From: Camelus dromedarius
Taxonomy: Eukaryota
Direction of reading: 5' to 3'
DNA: 64,000 nt
Assembly: GCF_036321535.1 (NCBI RefSeq)
Contig: NC_087436.1
Span: 58,840,001-58,904,000 of the forward strand
A model generated the notes under the pieces. The model made no database searches. It saw nothing but the letters and a program-made list of their open reading frames with translations, and was not told where the DNA came from. The translations under genes and the position numbers were made by a program. How positions within the stretch are numbered: the first letter of the stretch is position 1; each line of letters begins with the position of its first letter. Below, one piece after another: positions 1 to 13,039 of the stretch.

Positions 1-1189
1 AGAGAATATGGCAAACCTCTGGAAAATTAATAACATCAGCATGTAAAACTGTAAATCAGTATATCCCCCAAATATCACCAGTCAGAATCTTGGTTATGTC
101 CTTAGTAGATAAAATTTGCTCAAAAAGTCTGCTACACAATTGCTGTCATTGAAAATATTTTTACATGCTAATATCAAGTTGTAATGAAATGCATCCAGGA
201 TAATGTTGAAGAAAAGTGATAGGAATCGAACTATATATCTATTTATTTAGTCTAAAAGCCTCTTCTCAAAATATCTAGCATTTTCCAATCTTTTCCTTAA
301 CTTCAGAAGTTATTTTTTCAGTTATCATCTCCTGTATGGGTGGATTAAATCAGTATACATAAGTTCTGAAGCTAAAATATAAAGAAGGAGAACAGCAAAT
401 GAAGAGAAGGAAAGAAAATAACAGAATTGCACAGCAAAGTCATTATGTGCTGTTTAACTCCAGTGATAAAAATGAACCATTTCAAATATTGACAGACAAA
501 GATGGCTTATGAGGAAAATCACCTTTTATCTATTATTGCAAATCATCTCTAATCATGGTTTTAAACAATGAAATGGGGGTTAATTTAAACAAAAACTGCT
601 CAGAGAATGGTTTAAGTAGCTTGAAAGCCTGGCTGAGATAAATGTTATTAGGAAGACAAAAGGTATGCCAGAAGGGGCTTCATGAAGCCAAGGCCAGAGT
701 ACCGTTCCAGATCAGGCAGAGATGAAACTGTTTTCGAGCCTGTGCCAAAATTAATGCCACTCCGAGAACGTACTATGCTGTACAATTTTAATGATGTCAT
801 CTTAAAATGAAAACTTGGAGATATGTTGGTGTGAAGCAAATTACCATGAGTTTTTAAATGCTTAAAGTTCTAAAATAGACGCAAATCTTCATTGGTGACT
901 GAAAATGAATCAAATAATGGAATGCTAGTTAGAAGCAGAAGCATAGCAGACAATTAAGTGTAGAAACACCTCATTTATTTGGTGTTGTCAGTGGAAGAGT
1001 TCTTCCACCTAAAGGAAATGTTCAGATGATTGACATTTACCCTGGTAAGTGCTGCAAATTATTTTCTGTTTTAACTATTTCGATGAATATCATTCTTAGT
1101 GAATTACATACTTCTATTACTTATTAAACAAGAGGTATTGAGTATAATCAAACTGTTCTTTGATGACCTGGATTAATAATGGCAGATAA

Positions 1190-1400
1190 ATGTAATGGAA
1201 AATGTACAGGGCTGATATTTAGATAGATTTAACAGGCTCCTCCAATTACTGACTGTGACCTTGGGTAAGTTGTTCTCTGATCTCTCACTTATTTTATAAT
1301 TGGAGAAAAATTATATACCTTGTAAGATTATTGTGAGGATTAAAATATTAAGATATTTGTCAATTATACAGTAGGCATTCAGAATGTTGGTAATCATTTT
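1190..1400 (+). mobile_element. MIR SINE, degenerate
   Basis: MIR core-like text: ttactgactgtgaccttgggtaagtt ... ccttgtaagattattgtgaggattaaa. Confidence 0.75.
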
Positions 1401-3374
1401 CCCATGACACGATACACTGTCAATTCCCTTATAAGTTATTGCAGTTATTGCAGAGAAAATCAAAGAGGGTGAGCAGAAAAAGATCTAAAAGAAATGGCTC
1501 ATATTTGAAGGAACACATTATTTGCAAATTGGTAGGCTAATCTTGAGCAAACAATAATGCTAGACTTATTTAAGGAAGCAATGAAATTGGGGGAAAGCAG
1601 AAAGGGAGCATGAAGCTATGAAGGTAAATAAAGGAAGTTCCACCCAGGAATATATAAAAAATCATAAAGATGTTTGTAATTTGGAAAGTAAATCTTCTCT
1701 GTTTCCATACCTCTGTAAATTTTGCCACAAACATAAATACTGTGCATAAATGTTGTAGGGTATGTTATGTTTGTGTGGTATGTGTGTGTAAGCACCTAGT
1801 ACTTTTCCAGATGTTAATCTTGTGTCAATCTAGGCTTTTAAAAAACTACAGCCATTTGCTACAATTGCATAAGATTTTGCCTTTTCTCAGTAGATTACCT
1901 TGCTTTTGACCACTCTTAAATTATTTGGCAGGTAATATCACAGATTCTTGTTTGTTATGATCACTTACCTGTTTCAACAAAGATAGTTTTTTTTTTTTAT
2001 CCTTCTCATTTTCATTTTTTGGCTAGTTTTGGTAATTTTTGGAGAACAGAATCAAAGTAAAATGCTTTTAATATCCATCATTACATTGAAGTCTGACATT
2101 ATTAATTTCCACAAACTAAAACAATAGTAAAAGAAAAACTCTTTTTTTTTTCCTAAAAAGTTGCATAGCTAATTTCATTCAGGATTCTTTCCTTTCTATA
2201 GATGATAAACAAGTTAAAATTAAAATTTAGAGGAAAAAGCAAGAGAGCCCAAAACTTGAAATCAGATCAAATATATTATCTATGAGGGATAAGCATATTT
2301 TGCAACTTCTAATGTCAGTGATTTAATTTTTCTGTCAATTGTCATGAACATATTTCCTTTAGTACGGTAATTCCATGGCAAATTATAGGAATATAGTGAC
2401 AAATACTTATACATAGCAAACTTATACAAGTGTAAAGAAAAAATTCAGGTCGGATGTCTAATGGAATCCTAATAAATTTTAAAAGTACACAAATAAGATA
2501 CTTTAGGGGAAATAATTTTAAGAAAAGTATAAATGCCACTGATGGCATGTACAAGTTTTATTTTCTTTTACATGTTGGCTGATTTTAACAGGAAGTTCCA
2601 AAATTTAGATGAGTATTATTAGGCTGCTAAATCCATAGAGGATGAAATTAATGACATTTTGCGTTTTCATAATTACTTTATAATTATGTTTTTCAATAAG
2701 GCACAAATTATTCAAGATGTATGCTAATTGGATGGAAAAGAAGGGCGAAACCACTTCTAAATGATCAATATAATAATCTAGCTATGTTTAAAATCTGTTA
2801 TTGTATGATGTACCCTTTTATAATTTTATTTAATATAAAATACAATACTTTTTAATATAAATAAAACATACTCTATTCATTTGATTAAAAGAGATGGCAA
2901 ACAGCTCTTTTCAAGCATTATTTAGAAATTCAAGGAGTTTCTTCTTTAGAAACCTTTTAATTGTGGCATGTCAAAGAATGTTCACTGTATCCAAATGTGA
3001 ATGTGTTGTTTCAGGAGAATAACACTTGCAAAACCACATTGTGAAAGATCTAATTAGAGTGAGAGAACATGTTATGGGAAGGCCTAACAGGATAAACCTT
3101 TCAGAATCAATCCAAGGCAAATTATAAATTTATATTAACTAACCAAGTCAAGGAAATGTGTCCTCCTTACTGGTGTTGCAGGGATATCATTGGTAGTCAC
3201 AGCAATAGAATTTAGGTCACAGTTGAACACTTTCTATTCAGGATGTTTTTATGTATGTTGTAAAAAGACAGTATATGGTACGGTTATTGTTTTAGTCAGC
3301 TAACTTTTAGAGCAATTACTATAAGTGAAAAAACTTATGTTTACATTCATTCAGTTTTTGATGGTTTTTATTTT

Positions 3375-5290
3375 GGGGTATAATGTAAATTCTCACCTTT
3401 TCTTTCTGATATTCCAGTTACATATATGCTATACCGTTTGGTCATGTGTGCTCTGCTTTTCTTTTAACTCCTTTTTTCTCTTTGCATCTCAATTTGTGTA
3501 ATTTCTGTTGCTGTATTTCAAGGTCGCTTACACTTTCCTCGGCTATTTGAGTTTACTGATAAGCTCATCAAAGCCATTTTTCATTCTGTTACTGTGTTTT
3601 TAATTTCTAGTATTTGTAGTTGAGTATTTCTGATAGTTTCATCTTTGTGTTGAATTACCTACCTGATCTGGCATGTTTGACTATCTTTTCTATTAAAGCT
3701 ATCAACGTATTAGTTATAGTTATTTTAAAATCTATCTGACAATATCAATAGCTGTATCATGTCTGAGTCTGGTTCTGATAATTGTATTGTATTTTCAGGT
3801 TTTTTCCCCCTTGCCTTTTGTCATCCCTTGTAATTTTTTGCTGAACGTTGAGCATGTTATACAGGATAATGGATACCTAGGTAACAGAACTATGAAGTGA
3901 GGATTTATGTTAATATAGTACATTGTGTTTGAAGCACTTTGTTGATGTGGGCACTCCAGGGTTCAGATGCCTCTAGTGAGCTTGTTTTATTCTCCACTCT
4001 TGGCTTCTGTTCTCCCCTTTCTAAGATGCTCAAGAGAGACTCTGTCTCTTGCAGATCTCCCAGCCTTAATCCACTGGTATTATTAGTAGAGGCTTAGAGT
4101 GTGGTGGTACAGTGTGGGGCTGGGAAGCATGTGCTAATGTACTGAGTAAGTCTTAGTCTGGCGTGCACAGGGAGCCTGTCTTAGAAGTACAGCCTTCATG
4201 GTGTGCTGTCCTTCCTCCATAGGTGTAGTTGTTCTTCTCCCCATTTCTTTCCTCACTGCCGTGGGTGTCCTCCAGTGTTCTCAGTCTATGTCCTGTGGTC
4301 TTCTTCTCTGCAGACTGAGACTTTTACTCGTTTTCCCTTGGATGAGATCGTGCTTTCAGCTAAATTGTCCCCTCCCCACCCCCGCCCAATTGGTATGTTG
4401 AATCCGTGAACTCTAGCACCTCAGAATGTGACTGTATGAGGAGATAGAATCCTTAAAGATGATTAATTTAAAAATGAGGCTGTTAGGGTGGTCCTTAACC
4501 CAATCTGATGGGTGTCTTTGTATGAAAAGGGAATTAGGACATACCAAGAGCGCCCAGGATACCTATGTGTGGAGAAGACCATATGAGGATAGGAACAAGG
4601 CACTCAAGGAGAGAGGCTTCAGAAGAAACTTTTTTTCTGACACCTTGATTTTGGACTTCTAACCTCCAGAAGTGTGAGCAAATAAGCATGTTGCTTAAGC
4701 CGCCCAGTCTTCTGTATTTAGTTATAGCAGCCCTAGCAAGCCAAGACACACAGGAGACTCGGGCCGGGTGGAGTTCCTGTCTTCTAACCGAGATGAATTT
4801 TGCATGTGTCCTCAGGCTCTACTCTTCCCCCTGCAGACTGAGCCTTTGCTCGGTCAGAGAGAAAGATCCCCATCCTCATTAGATGAATTTTCTCAGGGTT
4901 CTTCCTGGTGGTCCCTGTGAGAGCCAGGTAGAATTCCTGGAGGAAAAGCAAGTCTGTGGATGAGAATTTCCCTAATAGGATTTTCACTCTCTTACCAGCT
5001 CACATTCTATCTTTCAGTATGTGTCAAAATCTCTAGTTTAATGTTCCTATCAGATTGTATGTTGTCTAGTGGTTTCTTCTCAGGTAAACAAATGCTTGGC
5101 TTCTGTCTCTCCCTGCAGGTATCTGTCTTTCTTTGGGGTGGCTATTCATTTTGCGACATCTATTATTTGATGGTTTCACAGAAAGTTATCCATTTTTTTG
5201 CATGTTCAGATTTTTTCTTCTTTTAAGGAGTGGAGCTTTTCTCTTTTAGTTCACTGTATCTCTAAGCTTAAACTGAAAGTCATGTTAGGA
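3375..5290 (-). mobile_element. Old LINE-1 (L1M-type) ORF1/5' region, interrupted by an MLT1 LTR
   Basis: T-rich antisense L1 ORF1-like text (e.g. ttatagttattttaaaatctatctgacaat, tctgagtctggttctgat) grading into 5'UTR-like sequence. Confidence 0.6.
4351..4750 (+). mobile_element. MaLR solo LTR (MLT1A/B-like)
   Basis: acctcagaatgtgactgtat..gagatag, acaccttgattttggacttctaacctccagaa, ending gttatagcagccctagcaagccaagaca. Confidence 0.85.
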
Positions 5291-5389
5291 TATTTTAAAA
5301 CTTTATAAATATTACGTAAGTAATTAGACATCACTTATTGTCACAGACAGATAAAATCTTTCCTTGTGTGGAAATAGAAATACACATTG

Positions 5390-5822
5390 TCCGTGGTGAA
5401 TATTTAATATTTTTCAATGTCTAGAATCCACTTCTTACTTATCACCTCCAATTTTATTTAGAGAAATCCCCACCCCACCAACCACGTCCACTAACTGGCA
5501 TATTTCCTAGTCTAGACTAACGTATACTTCCTAAAAATTTGATCAGAAGCAGAAGGATAATGGAACTGAAAATGGTTAGATTTCCAGCCATCCCAAGGAT
5601 ATAATTCTGACCATAATCATTCTAACCATTCTGCTACTGGAATGTTATTTTATTTCTGTTTTCTGAACTCCATAAATATTTTAGTTTCTATAATTTTAAA
5701 CCTGATTTTGTAGCCTCCCTTGGTTTCTGTGGATTTAAATATCTTTCCATTCAATTTCATTTTGCTTGGTTTGGTTAGGATGAGTTTCTGCTGCTTGAAA
5801 TCAAACAATCCCGAATGATAAT
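5390..5822 (+). mobile_element. Old ERVL/MaLR LTR remnant (LTR33/MLT1-like)
   Basis: 3' end tttgcttggtttggttaggatgagtttctgctgcttgaaatcaaacaatcccgaatgata resembles the LTR33/MLT1 U5 end. Confidence 0.5.
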
Positions 5823-7233
5823 CATAATAGAAGAAGCTGCTTTCTGGCTTACTCTTTTATAAATGAACGTTTAGTTTTTCAGTGCATTTGTTGATATATT
5901 TTTCACATACCATTAGAATATACATAAGTTTGCATTATTCTCAAAGCTTGTTTTTGAATATTAATATTAAGAAATTGCAGTAATTAATCTATGAAGTGAT
6001 TCAAGCATAGGCACACTCAGCAGGGGCAACTGAAACTGGGATGAATGTTGAACAGTTGAAGCAAATGTATAGTTGTTTGGAACAGAACCATCATCTGAAT
6101 TGATTGTGAAAGTTAGGTACATGTAAGTTGTTAACTTTCCCTGTAGGAGTTCTCTTACTGTCTTAATATGTCTTAGATATTTGACTGTGTGAGCCACTGT
6201 TACCTCAAGGGTAGCACTGATGACACACAGTAGAAGTAGGTTGCAATAACTCATTCAGCTAGTGAATATTTAAACAGGAGGCAGAGGTAAGTTTTATGCT
6301 AGGGTAAGTAGTTTCCTACTATTTATACATGCTGTTTTCATATAAAGAAGGTAAATCTTCTAAAGGAAATAGTTAAACAAATGTTAGTATAAAAAGAAAA
6401 CATATAGCTTACTAAAAACAGACTCAGAATGAAAAGAAAGAAGCAAGAGCATGACTAATAGGCTAACAATTGACTTTGTTCATAGTTACAGTATTTATTA
6501 CACTGCAGCATAATTTTGGTCTATAGAACTACATTTTTTGATCATGTGCATCTTTAAAGTAATATATCATTTACATTTACCTTCTCAGGTAAGCACTGAG
6601 TTTTATGTACAATAATTTCATGGTATAGTTTTAAGAAATAGATAATTGAATAATTATTATCAAAGAAACTTTAGTAATGACAAAGTAACACTTTTACCTT
6701 CATTTCAAGTTGCTTTCTAAAATAAGTAAATTTCAACCTCATTGAATTAATGAAAATAAAATTTATCCTATGACAATTTTTCTGGCAGAAAGTTAAATTT
6801 TAAAAAATATGTAAATTAAAAATAACATGAGAGGTTTCCTGATACAAATTATGCTATTTATGTTTCCTTAACCAATACTTGGAAACTCAATGTCATATTT
6901 TGTAAACTAGTCATGTAAAATGATTCTAAAAGTATAAATGAGTTTTACATCAACCAATTGACTCTGACAAACTAAAGAAAAAGTATAACCAACTCAGTTA
7001 CTGCCTTAGTACTTAAAAAAAAGAAAAAGAGTTAAGATTGTCGGTACAAAGTGATAAGAATGAGAAGCAGTAAAAATTGGATCATTGGACCTTCTCTTCA
7101 TATCTAGTCTAGGTCTCTGGGTGTTAGCCTGTAAGAATTATAGAGATAGAAAGGTAAAAGAGCATCTGGATAATTTATCTTAAGTAAAACTTTGCCAAAA
7201 TTAGCTGATTTAAATGTAGTTAGCAAAAGAAAT

Positions 7234-7722
7234 TATGGTAAGTTGAATAATGCCTACCTCCCAAGATGTCCCATCCTATTTCCAACCTCTAAATATGCTG
7301 CCTTACATGACAGAAGAGACTTTGCAGGTATGGTTAAATTAAAGGTCTTTAGGTGAGGGTATTATCCTGGATTATCCAGATGGGCCCAATTGAATCACAA
7401 TGGTCCCTTTAAAAGGGAAGAAGGAAGGTTGGAGAAGGCAGGAAAAAAAGGAGTGATGAAGGAAGCAGAGTTTGGAATGATGTACGTTGCAGATGGAGGA
7501 ACGGGCTCTGAGCTAAAGAATTCTCTAATCCAGAAAAGGCAAGGAAATGGATTTTCCCATGGTGCTTCCAGGAGGAATGTAGCTTTACTGACACTTTGAT
7601 TTTAGCTCCATGAGGTTAGTTGGGGACATCTGAGCTCTAGAACTGTAAGAAAATAAATATGAATTATTTTAAGCCGCTAAGTCTGTGGTAATTTGATACA
7701 GCAGCAATAAGGAACTGATACA
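7234..7722 (+). mobile_element. MaLR solo LTR (MLT1D-like)
   Basis: Starts tatggtaagttgaataatg; contains attatcctggattatccagatgggcccaat; ends gtggtaatttgatacagcagcaataaggaactgataca. Confidence 0.88.
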
Positions 7723-9299
7723 TATATAATCAATATCAATACTAAGTGTTTCTTATAGTTCTTAGTTAATATCTGGAACTATGCAAAATAGAACTATCAT
7801 TTACTTTAGGATATTAAAATAATATCAATATTTAATTGTAATTTTATGATTATTGTTTTTTCTTAATAGTAAACTTGCCTGTTTTTAAGGCAAAATGATG
7901 CTAAGTAACAATTTTGATCACTGGATTAAGGAAAGAGTAGAAATTTCTTATGGAAATATTGCTTATGCTATTCAAATAAGTTACATATTAAACATCTATG
8001 GGAAATTAGATTGTTTGCATTTTTATCTTTTATTTAATTCACTATTACATGAGACAACTCAAATACATATATTTCAGAAACTCATGCGAAAGCATCAGAA
8101 ACAACTACAGAAAAAAATTCTATCTTCATGAGAAATTCCAAATTTAACCATGTGTAAACAAGTAACTACATTATATGATATCTCTACTGATAGATGTATA
8201 AATAAGTTAACTTATTATTTATTAACTCCAGGTGAAAGTAATGAAACATATTAATAACACACTCTGTGGCAGAGCTGTAAACAATATTTATGTACCATTG
8301 ATAATAAAATGCCAAATATTGATTTAATGAAAAATCACAAAGATTCATTGTGAGAAGGGAATGTGTGCCTCTGTTAAGAGTTGGGGCGAGTTCAGGGAGA
8401 GAACTAAACAATCTTCCACAGTAGATAGTGACTCAAAATTGAGAAGTAGCAGTAAAAACATGATTTTTAGAAGTAAGGAAGTAAAAAGGGCTAATAAGTT
8501 TAAAAGCAGCTACAAGACTTGGAGTTAAGTAAGGATGATTGACAAGACCTATTTTTCATTGCATATCTTATATTCTAAGCTAGGTACGTGAATTGCTTAG
8601 TTTGGAAAGAATATAATTCCAGTTTTGAAAAATCTTTGGGGTATTAGATATTAGTGAAGATATCCACATGCAGATCTGTTCCATACTCCCTTTATCCTCA
8701 TCTCCATCATTAGATATCATTTAAATATTAATAATATATTAAATTTTATGTATAATATTTTACAAAGTATCCTCATATGAATTATCAAATTTCATTTTGC
8801 TAATAATCCTATGAAGTCCAGAGAGCAGAGATCACTATGCCCGGACTAAGATTACATGTATTTATTAAATTATTATATATCATTTGTATATTTTATGTGT
8901 ATACTTATATATATAAACCATAAACTATATCTTCATACTATATTTCCATCTATCTACTCACTTATCTATCTAGAATCTAGAAAGAGCTATGCACATTGAA
9001 ATCAAGTTTTTAGGAAAAACTGGTGTCTTTCAAGTAATTAAATGAGTAACAAACAGCAGGATGTTACACAAGGTTATGTGAATATACTGAACAATGGTAG
9101 AAACAATATAATGCTTAAGTAGAAATTGTAAAGAAATTGTCTCTGCTGTGAGTCACATGGGCCTAAATTATTTTGATTTTTATACAACATATTGAGCATA
9201 TAGTAAGTTCAAGTTGATATCTTAAAAATGGGATATAAAGAGGAATATAAACTTTTAACTAACCTCAAAGGGTTTACAGTGAAATGTAGAGTTTAAAAA

Positions 9300-9545
9300 A
9301 GTAATGACAGTGATAAAGGGCTTTTTATGTTCCAAGCACTGTACTGTTTTACATACATTGCCTCCCCCGATATAGCATCTACCTTAGGGGTTGGGTCCTG
9401 TTATCATTCCCAATTTACAGAGAATGGCGCTGAGACTGAGTGTGATTAAGTAATATGCCCAATGTGGCACAGAGCTGGTAAGTGTTGGAGTAGGCATTCA
9501 AACTAAGGTAGCCAGGCTCTAGAGACAAAGTTCATAGTAATTATA
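9300..9545 (-). mobile_element. MIR SINE
   Basis: Antisense MIR core: ttatcattcccaatttacagagaatggcgctgagact..taagtaatatgcccaatgtggcacagagctggtaagtg. Confidence 0.8.
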
Positions 9546-9809
9546 CTTATTAAAAAATTTACTAGCAATAAAATTACATCGTGAAGGTAAAAGTTAGGAA
9601 AGATAGATAATACCATGAAGTGCTTGGGAGGTTAAAATACTTATCATTTGTGCCCTTATGAACAACAATAATAAGCAGAATACTTGGCACAGTTGTATAG
9701 CACCATCTTAGGAAAAGGACAGGCAATCACAGCAGGGATTCAAAGAAGCAGAACCATATGGGAGGAGTCTTCCAGATGAAGAAAAGTTATCTTTAGAACC
9801 TTAACAGTA

Positions 9810-10065
9810 AGATGGTTGACGTAAGTTTTAAGAGCACAGACTTTGGAAACAGATAGCCTGTGTTTGAAACCTGGCTCTACAGTTTACTAGCTCTGTGACT
9901 TAGGGCTAGTTAACATCTTTGTTTTTGAGTTTTCTCCTTCATTAAATAGGGGTACTAATAGTATCTACTTCATGAACTAGTAATTCAGATCAAATCTTTG
10001 CTATATATAGCATGCAGAGAATAGTGTCTGGGAAAAGAATAAGCATAATTACAGGTGCTAGATAT
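9810..10065 (+). mobile_element. MIR SINE
   Basis: ttaagagcacagactttggaaacagatagcctgtgtttgaaacctggctctacagtttactagctctgtgacttagggc. Confidence 0.85.
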
Positions 10066-10169
10066 TGTCATCATCATCTCATTATCATTTTCATCATTGT
10101 CAATATCACATTTATATTATTACATAATAATTAATCCACTGATGAAAAAGTATACTTTAAAGAATTGAG

Positions 10170-11543
10170 ATTATGAAAGACAAAGTGCAGCAGACAGTTA
10201 AAAAGATGATTTTATTCAAGCTATATGTATATAGTATTAGGGAAATATTCATTAATGAGACGTGTCTCAAATGAAAGGAGGAGGATCTGGGGTTTTATAG
10301 AAGCTAATAAGCAAGCGAGTTTTGAGGATCATGATAGAGTTCAACATGTCAATCGTCTCTTGTTTAAGACTAGTGTTGCTCATTGATGGACAACTCTGAG
10401 TTGATTATAAGCTTCCTGGGTGAGGTGAAGCAGCTTGTAAGAAATAGGATTCTTGTTGGTGTCTTTTTTTGTAAAACTAGTTCAACCATCTGTTGCATCA
10501 CTCAAAGTTGGAATCTTTATGGTAATAAAGGTTTGTAGTCCTGGAGATAAGGCATCTTACAAGAGGGATGCGTGAAATGAAAAAGAGAAATACTAATATA
10601 AGATTATATTAAAGAGTCCAGTGTTGAATCCTGAGACCAACAGTCTAGTTGGTGTCAAGAAGTTGTCAAAAGTTAAGCAGCATTGCTTGTTGAGTTTTTG
10701 AAGCTCTTGAGCTAGAAAATTGATGTTCTCAGTGTTGCTGACCATAGTCTTGGTTACTTCTTGAATGCATTACCCAAGTATTTTGCCAGACTTCTTTATG
10801 GTCCAGACAGCAGCTTGACAAGGAAAGATTCTGGCCCATACATGGTCTTTTACAGTGGTGAGTCCCTCAAGATTTATATCAAGTGGCTTGGCTTCGGCTT
10901 GCAGAGCGTTTTCAAACCCTGAGAAGAAGGGCAAGCTTCAAGTCAGTCCAGAGTCATGATAGTGATCTGGACAATCATGTTTTACTTCTCTGTGATACTG
11001 AGTCAGACAGGAGAGAGAAAGATTGGAAAAGTATGTTTGGACGATTGTAGACAGATGTTAGAGGAACTTGGTAAAATTAAAAATTTGTTAGGAATCAACA
11101 TCTTGGACATGGAATTGGATCCAGTCCAATTTACCAGTAGGTATCAGAATTGATTTGTCAGTTGAACCTCCGCAAAGCAAGACAATTTGCAAACCCCTTA
11201 GTAACCTGTAATTTAGAAGGAAGTACAAAATAGTTCAAAGGACAACGAACAGGGCAAGAATCTGATAACCCTGAAGGATATATTAAGATCATTCATAGTT
11301 TACCAGTGAAACACAAAAGTTTTCCCTAAAGTAACCTCTCTTATGATCAAAAGTAATCTCAAAGAAAGATCACAAAATAAGACTGGCCTCATTAGAGCTG
11401 GCTTGATTATTTACATAAAGAAAGCAGGAATAGTAGTTTACTATATCGGCCTTCTTAAATTTGCTTTACTGGATGTTTTCATGAAAAATTTCAGATTGGA
11501 CTTTTAAAAGCCTCATAAGCCTACAAGTCAAGCCAAGAACTGG
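10170..11543 (-). mobile_element. ERV1 (MER4-group-like) LTR plus internal sequence, part 1
   Basis: LTR-like block ~10170-10490, then MER4-group internal-like text (ttcagattggacttttaaaagcctc..aagtcaagccaag) that resumes at ~13040. Confidence 0.65.
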
Positions 11544-11829
11544 TATGGTAGGCATACTAATGCCCCTCTTCCAAAAAAAGAGATCTACATCCTAACCCCT
11601 GGAATCAGTGAATCTGACCCCTATATGAGAAAGGGGAATTAAATTACAATTTCATATGATTACTAATTAGCAAACCATAAAATAGTGAGGTTATCTTAGG
11701 TTATCCACTTGGCTCCAGTTCCTGCTGTTGGCCCCAGTCCTCACCACTGAGGCTGACCACTGCAACCAGGCAGGCCCTTGCACTCAGGCTCCTGCAGTCA
11801 ACTGTGTGTGTGTGTGTGTGTGTGTATTA

Positions 11830-12495
11830 CAAGGGCATTATACTAAATGAAATAAGGCAGACAGAAAAAGACAAATAGGTATGATCTCATTTATATTTTG
11901 AGTCAAGAAAAAGTCAGATTCATAGAAACATAGAGTAGAATAGTAGTTGCCAGGGCCTGGGTTTTGGGGGAAACAAGGAGATGTTGGTCAAAGGGTACAA
12001 ACTTCCAGTTATGTGTTCCAGGGATCATGGTGTCTATAGTTAACACTTAGGTATTATATACTTGAAATTTGCTGTGAGAGTAGAGCTTTAATATTGTACC
12101 ATAACACCAGTAACAGCAAAATGGTAATTATGTGAGGTGATGGACTGTGTTAAGTAACCTTATTATGATAAGCACTTTACAGTACAACTTCCAGTTATAA
12201 GAAGAATAAGTTCTGAGGACCTAATATACAGGATGGTGACCATAGATAGTACTGTATAGTATACTTTAAAATTGCTTAGATTAGATCTTAAGCATTATTC
12301 CTATACACATATGCAAAAGGTAATTATGTGAAGTGATAGATGTGCTAATGAAATTGTGATAATCATTTCACAGAGTATATGCATATCACATCACCCCATG
12401 TATACTTTAAATATATCTAATTTTTCAGTTATATCTCAATAAACCTGAAAAAATGAAAACAAAACCAAAAACAAAACCAAAAACAAAAACTCCCA
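11830..12495 (+). mobile_element. Two tandem LINE-1 3' ends (L1MA9-like) with A-rich tail
   Basis: aagggtacaaacttccagttat..ttatgtgaggtgatgg, and a second caacttccagttataag..ttatgtgaagtgatagatgtg..ctcaataaa with an (AAAAC/AAAACC)n tail. Confidence 0.85.
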
Positions 12496-12624
12496 CAAGC
12501 CAAGACTTAGAAAAAACTTGTTAAAACAAAGGAAAAAACTTAGAATTCTAAAATTTTGTTAAAATTCTAGGGTAAAATCATACTTAAAATAGTTTTTATA
12601 TCCCTTTGGCTTTAAAACCATGTA

Positions 12625-12765
12625 TTGTTCTGGAGAATGGTTGCACATCAATGTGAATATACTTAGCACTACTGAATTATACACTAAAATGGTAATTTGG
12701 TAGATTTTATGGTATGCATGTTTTACTACAATTAATTTTCTTAAATTTAATAAAGAAAGAAAAAA
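12625..12765 (+). mobile_element. LINE-1 3' end (L1MB/MC-like)
   Basis: ggttgcacatcaatgtgaatatacttagcactactgaattatacactaaaatggt..ttttactacaat, then A-rich. Confidence 0.75.
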
Positions 12766-13039
12766 ATGGACCTGCACTTGCTGATTTCATGGATGGAGGA
12801 AGGTGGTCTCCAGCCAAGGAATGGAGGAATGTGTGCAGCTTCCAGAAGCTCAAAAGGGTAAGTAAATGGATTTTCCCCTGGAGCCTTTATAAAGGAAGAT
12901 AGCCCTGCTGATACCTTGATTTTAGCCCAGAAAACCCATTTTAGACTTCAGAATTACAGAACTGTAAAATAGTAAATCTACAATGTTTTAAACTCCCAAA
13001 TTCATAGTAATTTGTTACAGCAGCAAAAAAACTCACACA

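Larger units (their letters stand above)
11544..13039 (+). mobile_element. MLT1D-like LTR split into 11544-~11720 and ~12765-13039 by L1 fragments
   Basis: 5' end tatggtaggcatactaatg..atctacatcctaacccctggaat; 3' half ccctgctgataccttgattttagcccag..tagtaatttgttacagcagca..actcacaca; aactg on both flanks. Confidence 0.8.

Noticed and set aside
648..839. 63-aa minus-strand ORF in a slightly CpG-richer patch
   Set aside because: No recognisable homology and no convincing splice-site pair
6184..6231. Imperfect hairpin actgtgtg...cacacagt as a pre-miRNA
   Set aside because: The stem is too short and interrupted, and I recognise no mature sequence
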